A stretch of 64,000 nucleotides of DNA. Origin: Eledone cirrhosa (Eukaryota). The notes below the pieces were generated by a model. The model had not been told where the DNA came from. It ran no database searches and was given only the letters and a program-made list of their open reading frames with translations. Shown piece by piece: positions 49,516 through 64,000 of the stretch (within the stretch, counting starts at the first letter, position 1; the number at the start of each line of letters is the position of its first letter). Both the position numbers and the translations under genes were made by a program. The DNA lies in the NCBI GenBank assembly GCA_964016885.1, contig OZ024741.1:40672001-40736000 (forward strand). The letters run 5' to 3'.

Positions 49516-50538
49516 GGTGTCCCCGAAAAATGTATACACACTTTGATTACCTGTACAGGCACTATATATATTAGAATGGTGTATACATTTTTAGGGACCC
49601 CGGTATATATATATATATATATATATATGGTGTCCCCGAAAATGTATACACACTTTGATTATCTGTACAGGCAATATATATATTAGAATGGTGTATACAT
49701 TTTTAGGGACCCCGGTATATATATATATATGGTGTCCCCGAAAAATGTATACACACTTTGATTACCTGTACAGGCAATATATATATTAGAAAGGTGTATA
49801 CATTTATAGGGACCCCGGTATATATATATATATGGTGTCCCCGAAAAATGTATACACACTTTCATTACCTGTACAGGCAATATATATATTAGAATGGTGT
49901 ATACATTTTTAGGGACCCCGGTATATATATATATATATATGGTGTCCCCGAAAAATGTATACACACTTTGATTATCTGTACAAACAATATATATATTAGA
50001 ATGGTGTATACATTTTTAGGGACTCCGGTATATATATATATGGTGTCCCCGGAAAATGTATACACACTTTGATTATCTGTACAGGCAATATATATATTAG
50101 AATGGTGTATACATTTTTAGGGACTCCGGTATATATATATATATGGCGTCCCCGGAAAATGTATACACACTTTGATTACCTGTACAGGCAATATATATAT
50201 TAGAATGGTGTATACATTTTTAGGGACACCGGTATATATATATATATATGGTGTCCCCGGAAAATGTATACACACTTTGATTATCTGTATAGGCAATATA
50301 TATATTAGAATGGTGTATACATTTTTAGGGACTCCGGTATATATATATATATGGCGTCCCCGGAAAATGTATACACACTTTGATTACCTGTACAGGCAAT
50401 ATATATATTAGAATGGTGTATACATTTTAGGGACACCGGTATATATATATATGGTGACCCCGACAAATCTGTACACACTTTGATTACCTGTACAGGCAAT
50501 ATATATATTAGAATGGTGTATACATTTTTAGGGACCCC

Positions 50539-50577
<39 letters not shown>

Positions 50578-51726
50578 TGTCCCCGAAAAATGTATACACA
50601 CTTTGATTATCTGTACAGGCAATATATATATTAGAATGGTGTATACATTTTTAGGGACTCCGGTATATATATATATATGGCGTCCCCGGAAAATGTATAC
50701 ACACTTTGATTACCTGTACAGGCAATATATATATTAGAATGGTGTATACATTTTTAGGGACCTCGGTATATATATATATATATATGGTGTCCCCGGAAAA
50801 TGTATACACACTTTGATTACCTGTACAGGCAATATATATATTAGAATGGTGTATACATTTTTAGGGACCCCGGTATATATATATATATATATAGTGTGTC
50901 CCCGAAAAATGTATACACATTTTGATTACCTGTACAGGCAATATATATATTAGAATGGTGTATACATTTTTAGGGACCGCGGTATATATATATATATGGT
51001 GTCCCCGAAAAATGTATACACACTTTGATTACCTGTACAGGCAATATATATATTAGAATGCTGTATACATTTTTAGGGACCCCGGTATATATATATATAT
51101 ATATATATATATGGTGTCCCCGAAAATGTATACACACTTTGATTATCTGCACAGGCAATATATATATTAGAATGGTGTATACATTTTTAGGGACCCCGGT
51201 ATATATATATATGGTGTCCCCGAAAAATGTATACACATTTTGATTACCTGTACAGGCAATATATATATTAGAAAGGTGTATACATTTATAGGGACCCCGG
51301 TATATATATATATATGGTGTCCCCGAAAAATGTATACACACTTTCATTACCTGTACAGGCAATATATATATTAGAATGGTGTATACATTTTTAGGGACCC
51401 CGGTATATATATATATATATATATGGTGTCCCCGGAAAATGTATACATACTTTGATTACCTCTACAGTCAATATATATATTAGAATGGTGTATACATTTT
51501 TAGGGACCCCGGTATATATATATATATATATATGGTGTCGCCGAAAAATGTATACACACTTTGATTACCTGTACAGTCAATATATATATTAGAATGGTGT
51601 ATACATTTTTAGGGACCCCGGTATATATATATATATATATGGTGTACCCGAAAAATGTATACACACTTTGATTACCTGTACAGTCAATATATATATTAGA
51701 ATGGTGTATACATTTTTAGGGACCTC

Positions 51727-51763
<37 letters not shown>

Positions 51764-52376
51764 TGTCCCCGAAAAATGTATACACACTTTGATTACCTGT
51801 ACAGGCAATATATATATTAGCATGGTGTATACATTTTTAGGGACCCCGGTATATATATATATGGTGTCCCCGAAAAATGTATACACATTTTGATTACCTG
51901 TACAGGCAATATATATATTAGAAAGGTGTATACATTTATAGGGACCCCGGTATATATATATATATGGTGTCCCCGAAAAATGTATACACACTTTCATTAC
52001 CTGTACAGGCAATATATATATTAGAATGGTGTATACATTTTTAGGGACCCCGGTATATATATATATATATATATGGTGTCCCAGGAAAATGTATACACAC
52101 TTTGATTACCTGTACAGTCAATATATATATTAGAATGGTGTATACATTTTTAGGGACCCCGGTATATATATATATATATATATGGTGTCGCCGAAAAATG
52201 TATACACACTTTGATTACCTGTACAGTCAATATATATATTAGAATGGTGTATACATTTTTAGGGATCCCGGTATATATATATATATATATGGTGTCCCCG
52301 AAAAATGTATACACACTTTGATTACCTGTACAGTCAATATATATATTAGAATGGTGTATACATTTTTAGGGACCTC

Positions 52377-52409
<33 letters not shown>

Positions 52410-53665
52410 TGTCCCCGAAAAATGTATACACACTTTGATTACCTGTACAGGCAATATATATATTAGCATGGTGTATTCATTTTTAGGGACTCCGGTATAT
52501 ATATATATATGGTGTCCCCTGAAAATGTATACACACTTTGATTACCTGTCCAGGCAATATATATATTAGAATGATGTATACATTTTTAGGGACCCCGGTA
52601 TATATATATATATATATGGTGTCCCCGAAAAATGTATACACACTTTGATTACCTGTACAGCCAATATATATATTAGAATGGTGTATACATTTTTAGGGAC
52701 CCCGGTATATATATATATATATATATGGTGTCCCCGAAAAATGTATACACACTTTGATTACCTGTACAGTCAATATATATATTAGAATGGTGTATACATT
52801 TTTAGGGACCCCGGTATATATATATATATATATATGGTGTCCCCGAAAAATGTATACACACTTTGATTACCTGTACAGGCAATATATATATTAGAATGGT
52901 GTATACATTTTTAGGGACTCCGGTATATATATATATATGGTGTCCCCTGAAAATGTATACACACTTTGATTACCTGTACAGTCAATATATATATTAGAAT
53001 GGTGTATACATTTTTAGGGAACCCGGTATATATATATATATATATATATATATGGTGTCCCCGAAAAATGTATACACACTTTGATTATCTGTACAGGCAA
53101 TATATATATCAGAATGGTGTATACATTTTTAGGGACTCCGGTATATATATATATATGGCGTCCCCGGAAAATGTATACACACTTTCATTACCTGTACAGG
53201 CAATATATATATTAGAATGGTGTATACATTTTTAGGGACCTCGGTATATATATATATATATATGGTGTCCCCGAAAAATGTATACACACTTTGATTACCT
53301 GTACAGGCACTATATATATTAGAATGGTGTATACATTTTTAGGGACCCCGGTATATATATATATATATATATATATGGTGTCCCCGAAAATGTATACACA
53401 CTTTGATTATCTGTACAGGCAATATATATATTAGAATGGTGTATACATTTTTAGGGACCCCGGTATATATATATATGGTGTCCCCGAAAAATGTATACAC
53501 ACTTTGATTACCTGTACAGGCAATATATATATTAGAAAGGTGTATACATTTATAGGGACCCCGGTATATACATATATATGGTGTCCCCGAAAAATGTATA
53601 CACACTTTCATTACCTGTACAGGCAATATATATATTAGAATGGTGTATACATTTTTAGGGACCCC

Positions 53666-53708
<43 letters not shown>

Positions 53709-55809
53709 TGTCCCCGAAAAATGTATACACACTTTGATTATCTGTACAAACAATATATATATTAGAATGGTGTATACATTTTTAGGGACTCCGGTATATA
53801 TATATATATGGTGTCCCCGGAAAATGTATACACACTTTGATTATCTGTACAGGCAATATATATATTAGAATGGTGTATACATTTTTAGGGACTCCGGTAT
53901 ATATATATATATGGCGTCCCCGGAAAATGTATACACACTTTGATTACCTGTACAGGCAATATATATATTAGAATGGTGTATACGTTTTTAGGGACCCCGG
54001 TATATATATATATATATATATATATATGGTGTCCCCGAAAAATGTATACACACTTTGATTATCTGTACAGGCAATATATATATTAGAATGGTGTATACAT
54101 TTTTAGGGACACCGGTATATATATATATGGTGTCCCCGAAAAATGTATACACACTTTCATTACCTGTACAGGCAATATATATATTAGAATGGTGTATACA
54201 TTTTTAGGGACCCGGTATATATATATATATATATGGTGTCCCCGAAAAATGTATACACACTTTGATTTTCTGTACAGGCAATATATATATCAGAATGGTG
54301 TATACATTTTTAGGGACCCCGGTATATATATATATATATATATATATATGGTGTCCCGCGAAAAATGTATACACACTTTGATTACCTGTACAGGCAATAT
54401 ATATATTAGAATGGTGTATACATTTTTAGGGACTCCGGTATATATATATATATGGCGTCCCCGGAAAATGTATACACACTTTGATTACCTGTACAGGCAA
54501 TATATATATTAGAATGGTGTATACATTTTTAGGGACCCCGGTATATATATATATATGGTGTCCCCGAAAAATGTATACACACTTTGATTACCTGTACAGT
54601 CAATATATATATTAGAATGGTGTATACATTTTTAGGGACCCCGGTATATATATATATATATATATATGGTGTCCCCGAAAAATGTATACACACTTTGATT
54701 ACCTGTACAGTCAATATATATATTAGAATGGTGTATACATTTTTAGGGACCCCGGTATATATATATATATATATATGGTGTCCCCGAAAAATGTATACAC
54801 ACTTTGATTACCTGTACAGGCAATATATATATTAGAATGGTGTATACATTTTTAGGGACTCCGGTATATATATATATATGGTGTCCCCTGAAAATGTATA
54901 CACACTTTGATTACCTGTACAGTCAATATATATATTAGAATGGTGTATACATTTTTAGGGAACCCGGTATATATATATATATATATATATATGGTGTCCC
55001 CGAAAAATGTATACACACTTTGATTATCTGTACAGGCAATATATATATCAGAATGGTGTATACATTTTTAGGGACTCCGGTATATATATATATATATGGC
55101 GTCCCCGGAAAATGTATACACACTTTCATTACCTGTACAGGCAATATATATATTAGAATGGTGTATACATTTTTAGGGACCTCGGTATATATATATATAT
55201 ATATATGGTGTCCCCGAAAAATGTATACACACTTTGATCACCTGTACAGGCACTATATATATTAGAATGGTGTATACATTTTTAGGGACCCCGGTATATA
55301 TATATATATATATATATGGTGTCCCCGAAAATGTATACACACTTTGATTATCTGTACAGGCAATATATATATTAGAATGGTGTATACATTTTTAGGGACC
55401 CCGGTATATATATATATATGGTGTCCCCGAAAAATGTATACACACTTTGATTACCTGTACAGGCAATATATATATTAGAAGGGTGTATACATTTATAGGG
55501 ACCCCGGTATATATATATATATGGTGTCCCCGAAAAATGTATACACACTTTCATTACCTGTACAGGCAATATATATATTAGAATGGTGTATACATTTTTA
55601 GGGACCCCGGTATATATATATATATATATGGTGTCCCCGAAAAATGTATACACACTTTGATTATCTGTACAAACAATATATATATTAGAATGGTGTATAC
55701 ATTTTTAGGGACTCCGGTATATATATATATGGTGTCCCCGGAAAATGTATACACACTTTGATTATCTGTACAGGCAATATATATATTAGAATGGTGTATG
55801 CATTTTTAG

Positions 55810-56135
55810 GGACTCCGGTATATATATATATATGGCGTCCCCGGAAAATGTATACACACTTTGATTACCTGTACAGTCAATATATATATTAGAATGGTGT
55901 ATACATTTTTAGGGACACCGGTATATATATATATATGGTGTCCCCGGAAAATGTATACACACTTTGATTATCTGTACAGGCAATATATATATTAGAATGG
56001 TGTATACATTTTTAGGGACTCCGGTATATATATATATATATGGCGTCCCCGGAAAATGTATACACACTTTGATTACCTGTACAGGCAATATATATATTAG
56101 AATGGTGTATACATTTTTAGGGACCCCGGTATATA

Positions 56136-56168
<33 letters not shown>

Positions 56169-56254
56169 GGTGTCCCCGAGAAATGTGTACACACGTTGAT
56201 TACCTGTACAGGCAATATATATATTAGAATGGTGTATACATTTTTAGGGACCTC

Positions 56255-56303
<49 letters not shown>

Positions 56304-57336
56304 TGTCCCCGAAAAATGTATACACACTTTGATTACCTGTACAGGCAATATATATATTAGAATGGTGTATACATTTTGAGGGACCCCGGTATATATATAT
56401 ATGGTGTCCCCGAAAAATGTATACACACTTTGATTATCTGTACAGGCAATATATATATTAGAATGGTGTATACACTTTTAGGGACCCCTGTATATATATA
56501 TATATATATATATATGGTGTCCCCAAAAAATATATACACACTTTGATTACCTGTATAGGCAATATATATATCAGAATGGTGTATACATTTTTAGGGACCT
56601 CAGTATATATATATATATATATATATATGGTGTCCCCGTAAAATGTATACACACTTTGATTATCTGTACAGGCAATATATATATTAGAATGGTGTATACA
56701 TTTTTAGGGACTCCGGTATATATATATATATGGTGTCCCCGGAAAATGTATACACACTTTGATTACCTGTACAGGCAATATATATATTAGAATGCTGTAT
56801 ACATTTTTAGGGACCCCGGTATATATATATATATATATATATGGTGTCCCCGAAAAATGTATACACACTTTGATTATCTGTACAGGCAATATATATATCA
56901 GAATGGTGTATACATTTTTAGGGACACCGGTATATATATATATGGTGTCCCCGACAAATGTGTACACACTTTGATTACCTGTACGATCAATATATATATT
57001 AGAATGGTGTATATATTTTTAGGGACCCCGGAATATATATATATATATATGTGGTGTCCCTGAAAAATGTATACACACTTTGATTATCTGTACAGGCAAT
57101 ATATATATTAGAATGTTGTATACATTTTTAGGGACCCCGGTATATATATATGGTGTCCCCGAAAAATGTGTACACACTTTGATTACCTGTACAGGCAATA
57201 TATATATTAGAACGGTGTATAGATTTTTAGGGAACCCGGTATATATATAGGGTGTCCCCGAAAAATGTATACACACTTTGATTACCTGTACAGGCAATAT
57301 ATATATTAGAATGCTGTATACATTTTTAGGGACCCC

Positions 57337-57371
<35 letters not shown>

Positions 57372-57981
57372 TGTCCCCGAAAATGTATACACACTTTGAT
57401 TATCTGCACAGGCAATATATATATTAGAATGGTGTATACATTTTTAGGGACCCCGGTATATATATATATAGTGTCCCCGAAAAATGTATACACATTTTGA
57501 TTACCTGTACAGGCAATATATATATTAGAAAGGTGTATACATTTATAGGGACCCCGCTATATATATATATATATATGGTGTCCCCGGAAAATGTATACAC
57601 ACTTTGATTACCTCTACAGTCAATATATATATTAGAATGGTGTATACATTTTTAGGGACTCCGGTATATATATATATATGGCGTCCCCGGAAAATGTATA
57701 CACACTTTGATTACCTGTACAGTCAATATATATATTAGAATGGTGTATACATTTTTAGGGACACCGGTATATATATATATATGGTGTCCCCGGAAAATGT
57801 ATACACACTTTGATTATCTGTACAGGCAATATATATATTAGAATGGTGTATACATTTTTAGGGACTCCGGTATATATATATATATATGGCGTCCCCGGAA
57901 AATGTATACACACTTTGATTACCTGTACAGGCAATATATATATTAGAATGGTGTATACATTTTTAGGGACCCCGGTATATA

Positions 57982-58014
<33 letters not shown>

Positions 58015-58100
58015 GGTGTCCCCGAGAAATGTGTACACACGTTGATTACCTGTACAGGCAATATATATATTAGAATGGTGTATACATTTTTAGGGACCTC

Positions 58101-58147
<47 letters not shown>

Positions 58148-59120
58148 GGTGTCCCCGAAAAATGTATACACACTTTGATTACCTGTACAGGCAATATATA
58201 TATTAGAATGGTGTATACATTTTGAGGGACCCCGGTATATATATATATGGTGTCCCCGAAAAATGTATACACACTTTGATTATCTGTACAGGCAATATAT
58301 ATATTAGAATGGTGTATACACTTTTAGGGACCCCTGTATATATATATATATATATATATATGGTGTCCCCAAAAAATATATACACACTTTGATTACCTGT
58401 ATAGGCAATATATATATCAGAATGGTGTATACATTTTTAGGGACCTCAGTATATATATATATATATATTAGAATGGTGTATACATTTTTAGGGACTCCGG
58501 TATATATATATATATGGTGTCCCCGGAAAATGTATACACACTTTGATTACCTGTACAGGCAATATATATATTAGAATGCTGTATACATTTTTAGGGACCC
58601 CGGTATATATATATATATATATATATGGTGTCCCCGAAAAATGTATACACACTTTGATTATCTGTACAGGCAATATATATATCAGAATGGTGTATACATT
58701 TTTAGGGACACCGGTATATATATATATGGTGTCCCCGACAAATGTGTACACACTTTGATTACCTGTACGATCAATATATATATTAGAATGGTGTATATAT
58801 TTTTAGGGACCCCGGAATATATATATATATATATGTGGTGTCCCTGAAAAATGTATACACACTTTGATTATCTGTACAGGCAATATATATATTAGAATGT
58901 TGTATACATTTTTAGGGACCCCGGTATATATATATGGTGTCCCCGAAAAATGTGTACACACTTTGATTACCTGTACAGGCAATATATATATTAGAACGGT
59001 GTATAGATTTTTAGGGAACCCGGTATATATATAGGGTGTCCCCGAAAAATGTATACACACTTTGATTACCTGTACAGGCAATATATATATTAGAATGCTG
59101 TATACATTTTTAGGGACCCC

Positions 59121-59155
<35 letters not shown>

Positions 59156-59440
59156 TGTCCCCGAAAATGTATACACACTTTGATTATCTGCACAGGCAAT
59201 ATATATATTAGAATGGTGTATACATTTTTAGGGACCCCGGTATATATATATATAGTGTCCCCGAAAAATGTATACACATTTTGATTACCTGTACAGGCAA
59301 TATATATATTAGAAAGGTGTATACATTTATAGGGACCCCGCTATATATATATATATATATGGTGTCCCCGGAAAATGTATACACACTTTGATTACCTCTA
59401 CAGTCAATATATATATTAGAATGGTGTATACATTTTTAGG
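55810..59440 (+). repeat. ~1.85-kb tandem duplication; second copy carries a 62-bp deletion
   Basis: Offsets of 1846 (55964/57810) before ~58460 and 1784 (56704/58488) after it. Confidence 0.88.
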
Positions 59441-59446
59441 GACCTC

Positions 59447-59483
<37 letters not shown>

Positions 59484-59886
59484 TGTCCCCGAAAAATGTA
59501 TACACACTTTGATTACCTGTACAGGCAATATATATATTAGCATGGTGTATACATTTTTAGGGACTCCGGTATATATATATATATGGTGTCCCCTGAAAAT
59601 GTATACACACTTTGATTACCTGTCCAGGCAATATATATATTAGAATGGTGTATACATTTTTAGGGACCCCGGTATATATATATATATATATGGTGTCCCC
59701 GAAAAATGTATACACACTTTGATTACCTGTACAGTCAATATATATATTAGAATGGTGTATACATTTTTAGGGACCCCGGTATATATATATATATATATAT
59801 GGTGTCCCCGAAAAATGTATACACACTTTGATTACCTGTACAGTCAATATATATATTAGAATGGTGTATACATTTTTAGGGACCCC

Positions 59887-59925
<39 letters not shown>

Positions 59926-60112
59926 TGTCCCCGAAAAATGTATACACACTTTGATTACCTGTACAGGCAATATATATATTAGAATGGTGTATACATTTTT
60001 AGGGACTCCGGTATATATATATATATGGTGTCCCCTGAAAATGTATACACACTTTGATTACCTGTACAGTCAATATATATATTAGAATGGTGTATACATT
60101 TTTAGGGAACCC

Positions 60113-60151
<39 letters not shown>

Positions 60152-60841
60152 TGTCCCCGAAAAATGTATACACACTTTGATTATCTGTACAGGCAATATA
60201 TATATCAGAATGGTGTATACATTTTTAGGGACTCCGGTATATATATATATATGGCGTCCCCGGAAAATGTATACACACTTTCATTACCTGTACAGGCAAT
60301 ATATATATTAGAATGGTGTATACATTTTTAGGGACCTCGGTATATATATATATATATATATATGGTGTCCCCGAAAAATGTATACACACTTTGATTACCT
60401 GTACAGGCACTATATATATTAGAATGGTGTATACATTTTTAGGGACCCCGGTATATATATATATATATATATATGGTGTCCCCGAAAATGTATACACACT
60501 TTGATTATCTGTCCAGGCAATATATATATTAGAATGGTGTATACATTTTTAGGGACCCCGGTATATATATATATATGGTGTCCCCGAAAAATGTATACAC
60601 ACTTTGATTACCTGTACAGGCAATATATATATTAGAAAGGTGTATACATTTATAGGGACCCCGGTATATATATATATATGGTGTCCCCGAAAAATGTATA
60701 CACACTTTCATTACCTGTACAGGCAATATATATATTAGAATGGTGTATACATTTTTAGGGACCCCGGTATATATATATATATATATGGTGTCCCCGAAAA
60801 ATGTATACACACTTTGATTATCTGTACAAACAATATATATA

Positions 60842-63830
60842 TTAGAATGGTGTATACATTTTTAGGGACTCCGGTATATATATATATGGTGTCCCCGGAA
60901 AATGTATACACACTTTGATTACCTGTACAGTCAATATATATATTAGAATGGTGTATACATTTTTAGGGACCCCGGTATATATATATATATATATATATGG
61001 TGTCCCCGAAAAATGTATACACACTTTGATTACCTGTACAGTCAATATATATATTAGAATGGTGTATACATTTTTAGGGACCCCGGTATATATATATATA
61101 TATATATGGTGTCCCCGAAAAATGTATACACACTTTGATTACCTGTACAGGCAATATATATATTAGAATGGTGTATACATTTTTAGGGACTCCGGTATAT
61201 ATATATATATGGTGTCCCCTGAAAATGTATACACACTTTGATTACCTGTACAGTCAATATATATATTAGAATGGTGTATACATTTTTAGGGAACCCGGTA
61301 TATATATATATATATATATATATGGTGTCCCCGAAAAATGTATACACACTTTGATTATCTGTACAGGCAATATATATATCAGAATGGTGTATACATTTTT
61401 AGGGACTCCGGTATATATATATATATATGGCGTCCCCGGAAAATGTATACACACTTTCATTACCTGTACAGGCAATATATATATTAGAATGGTGTATACA
61501 TTTTTAGGGACCTCGGTATATATATATATATATATATGGTGTCCCCGAAAAATGTATACACACTTTGATCACCTGTACAGGCACTATATATATTAGAATG
61601 GTGTATACATTTTTAGGGACCCCGGTATATATATATATATATATATATGGTGTCCCCGAAAATGTATACACACTTTGATTATCTGTACAGGCAATATATA
61701 TATTAGAATGGTGTATACATTTTTAGGGACCCCGGTATATATATATATATGGTGTCCCCGAAAAATGTATACACACTTTGATTACCTGTACAGGCAATAT
61801 ATATATTAGAAGGGTGTATACATTTATAGGGACCCCGGTATATATATATATATGGTGTCCCCGAAAAATGTATACACACTTTCATTACCTGTACAGGCAA
61901 TATATATATTAGAATGGTGTATACATTTTTAGGGACCCCGGTATATATATATATATATATGGTGTCCCCGAAAAATGTATACACACTTTGATTATCTGTA
62001 CAAACAATATATATATTAGAATGGTGTATACATTTTTAGGGACTCCGGTATATATATATATGGTGTCCCCGGAAAATGTATACACACTTTGATTATCTGT
62101 ACAGGCAATATATATATTAGAATGGTGTATGCATTTTTAGGGACTCCGGTATATATATATATATGGCGTCCCCGGAAAATGTATACACACTTTGATTACC
62201 TGTACAGTCAATATATATATTAGAATGGTGTATACATTTTTAGGGACACCGGTATATATATATATATGGTGTCCCCGGAAAATGTATACACACTTTGATT
62301 ATCTGTACAGGCAATATATATATTAGAATGGTGTATACATTTTTAGGGACTCCGGTATATATATATATGGTGTCCCCGGAAAATGTATACACACTTTGAT
62401 TACCTGTACAGTCAATATATATATTAGAATGGTGTATACATTTTTAGGGACCCCGGTATATATATATATATATATATATGGTGTCCCCGAAAAATGTATA
62501 CACACTTTGATTACCTGTACAGTCAATATATATATTAGAATGGTGTATACATTTTTAGGGACCCCGGTATATATATATATATATATATGGTGTCCCCGAA
62601 AAATGTATACACACTTTGATTACCTGTACAGGCAATATATATATTAGAATGGTGTATACATTTTTAGGGACTCCGGTATATATATATATATGGTGTCCCC
62701 TGAAAATGTATACACACTTTGATTACCTGTACAGTCAATATATATATTAGAATGGTGTATACATTTTTAGGGAACCCGGTATATATATATATATATATAT
62801 ATATGGTGTCCCCGAAAAATGTATACACACTTTGATTATCTGTACAGGCAATATATATATCAGAATGGTGTATACATTTTTAGGGACTCCGGTATATATA
62901 TATATATATGGCGTCCCCGGAAAATGTATACACACTTTCATTACCTGTACAGGCAATATATATATTAGAATGGTGTATACATTTTTAGGGACCTCGGTAT
63001 ATATATATATATATATATGGTGTCCCCGAAAAATGTATACACACTTTGATCACCTGTACAGGCACTATATATATTAGAATGGTGTATACATTTTTAGGGA
63101 CCCCGGTATATATATATATATATATATATGGTGTCCCCGAAAATGTATACACACTTTGATTATCTGTACAGGCAATATATATATTAGAATGGTGTATACA
63201 TTTTTAGGGACCCCGGTATATATATATATATGGTGTCCCCGAAAAATGTATACACACTTTGATTACCTGTACAGGCAATATATATATTAGAAGGGTGTAT
63301 ACATTTATAGGGACCCCGGTATATATATATATATGGTGTCCCCGAAAAATGTATACACACTTTCATTACCTGTACAGGCAATATATATATTAGAATGGTG
63401 TATACATTTTTAGGGACCCCGGTATATATATATATATATATGGTGTCCCCGAAAAATGTATACACACTTTGATTATCTGTACAAACAATATATATATTAG
63501 AATGGTGTATACATTTTTAGGGACTCCGGTATATATATATATGGTGTCCCCGGAAAATGTATACACACTTTGATTATCTGTACAGGCAATATATATATTA
63601 GAATGGTGTATGCATTTTTAGGGACTCCGGTATATATATATATATGGCGTCCCCGGAAAATGTATACACACTTTGATTACCTGTACAGTCAATATATATA
63701 TTAGAATGGTGTATACATTTTTAGGGACACCGGTATATATATATATATGGTGTCCCCGGAAAATGTATACACACTTTGATTATCTGTACAGGCAATATAT
63801 ATATTAGAATGGTGTATACATTTTTAGGGA
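60842..63830 (+). repeat. 1481-bp tandem duplication nested in a 6331-bp-offset repeat of ~54.55-56.2 kb
   Basis: Offsets of 1481 (60842/62323, 61703/63184) and 6331 (54584/60915, 55372/61703). Confidence 0.88.
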
Positions 63831-63947
63831 CTCCGGTATATATATATATATATGGCGTCCCCGGAAAATGTATACACACTTTGATTACCTGTACAGGCAA
63901 TATATATATTAGAATGGTGTATACATTTTTAGGGACCCCGGTATATA

Positions 63948-63980
<33 letters not shown>

Positions 63981-64000
63981 GGTGTCCCCGAGAAATGTGT

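Larger units (their letters stand above)
1771..64000 (+). repeat. Satellite DNA array: 88-bp core GGTGTCCCCGAAAAATGTATACACACTTTGATTACCTGTACAGGCAATATATATATTAGAATGGTGTATACATTTTTAGGGACCCCGG plus variable (TA)nT spacer; monomer ~97-155 bp; continues past the window end
   Basis: Continuous head-to-tail copies in one orientation, with a few substitutions per core. No foreign insertion or inversion was noticed. Confidence 0.99.

Noticed and set aside
1771-64000. CRISPR-like repeat-spacer layout
   Set aside because: The repeat is 88 bp, spacers are pure (TA)n without unique sequence, and there are no cas genes or leader.

Overview
Eukaryotic, entirely non-coding window with two parts. (1) Positions 1-1770 form a (TA)n-rich region containing a 785-bp element (530-1314) with perfect 190-bp direct repeats. 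Each repeat carries a complete type I hammerhead ribozyme fold with a covarying U3-A8 core, a palindromic helix III and a possible helix I/loop II pseudoknot. This makes it a candidate retrozyme or Penelope-like non-autonomous retroelement, predicted to release a 595-nt RNA monomer. (2) Positions 1771-64000 are one uninterrupted head-to-tail satellite array, running off the window end, of roughly 570 monomers (estimated, not counted). Each monomer is a fixed 88-bp core with imperfect terminal inverted repeats resembling Tc1/mariner MITE ends, followed by a variable-length (TA)n spacer. The array shows nested higher-order duplications (about 0.37-0.4, 1.48, 1.85, 3.3, 5.67, 5.9, 6.3 and 8.65 kb). 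All ORFs in the track appear to be artefacts of repeat translation. All folds and alignments were done by eye.
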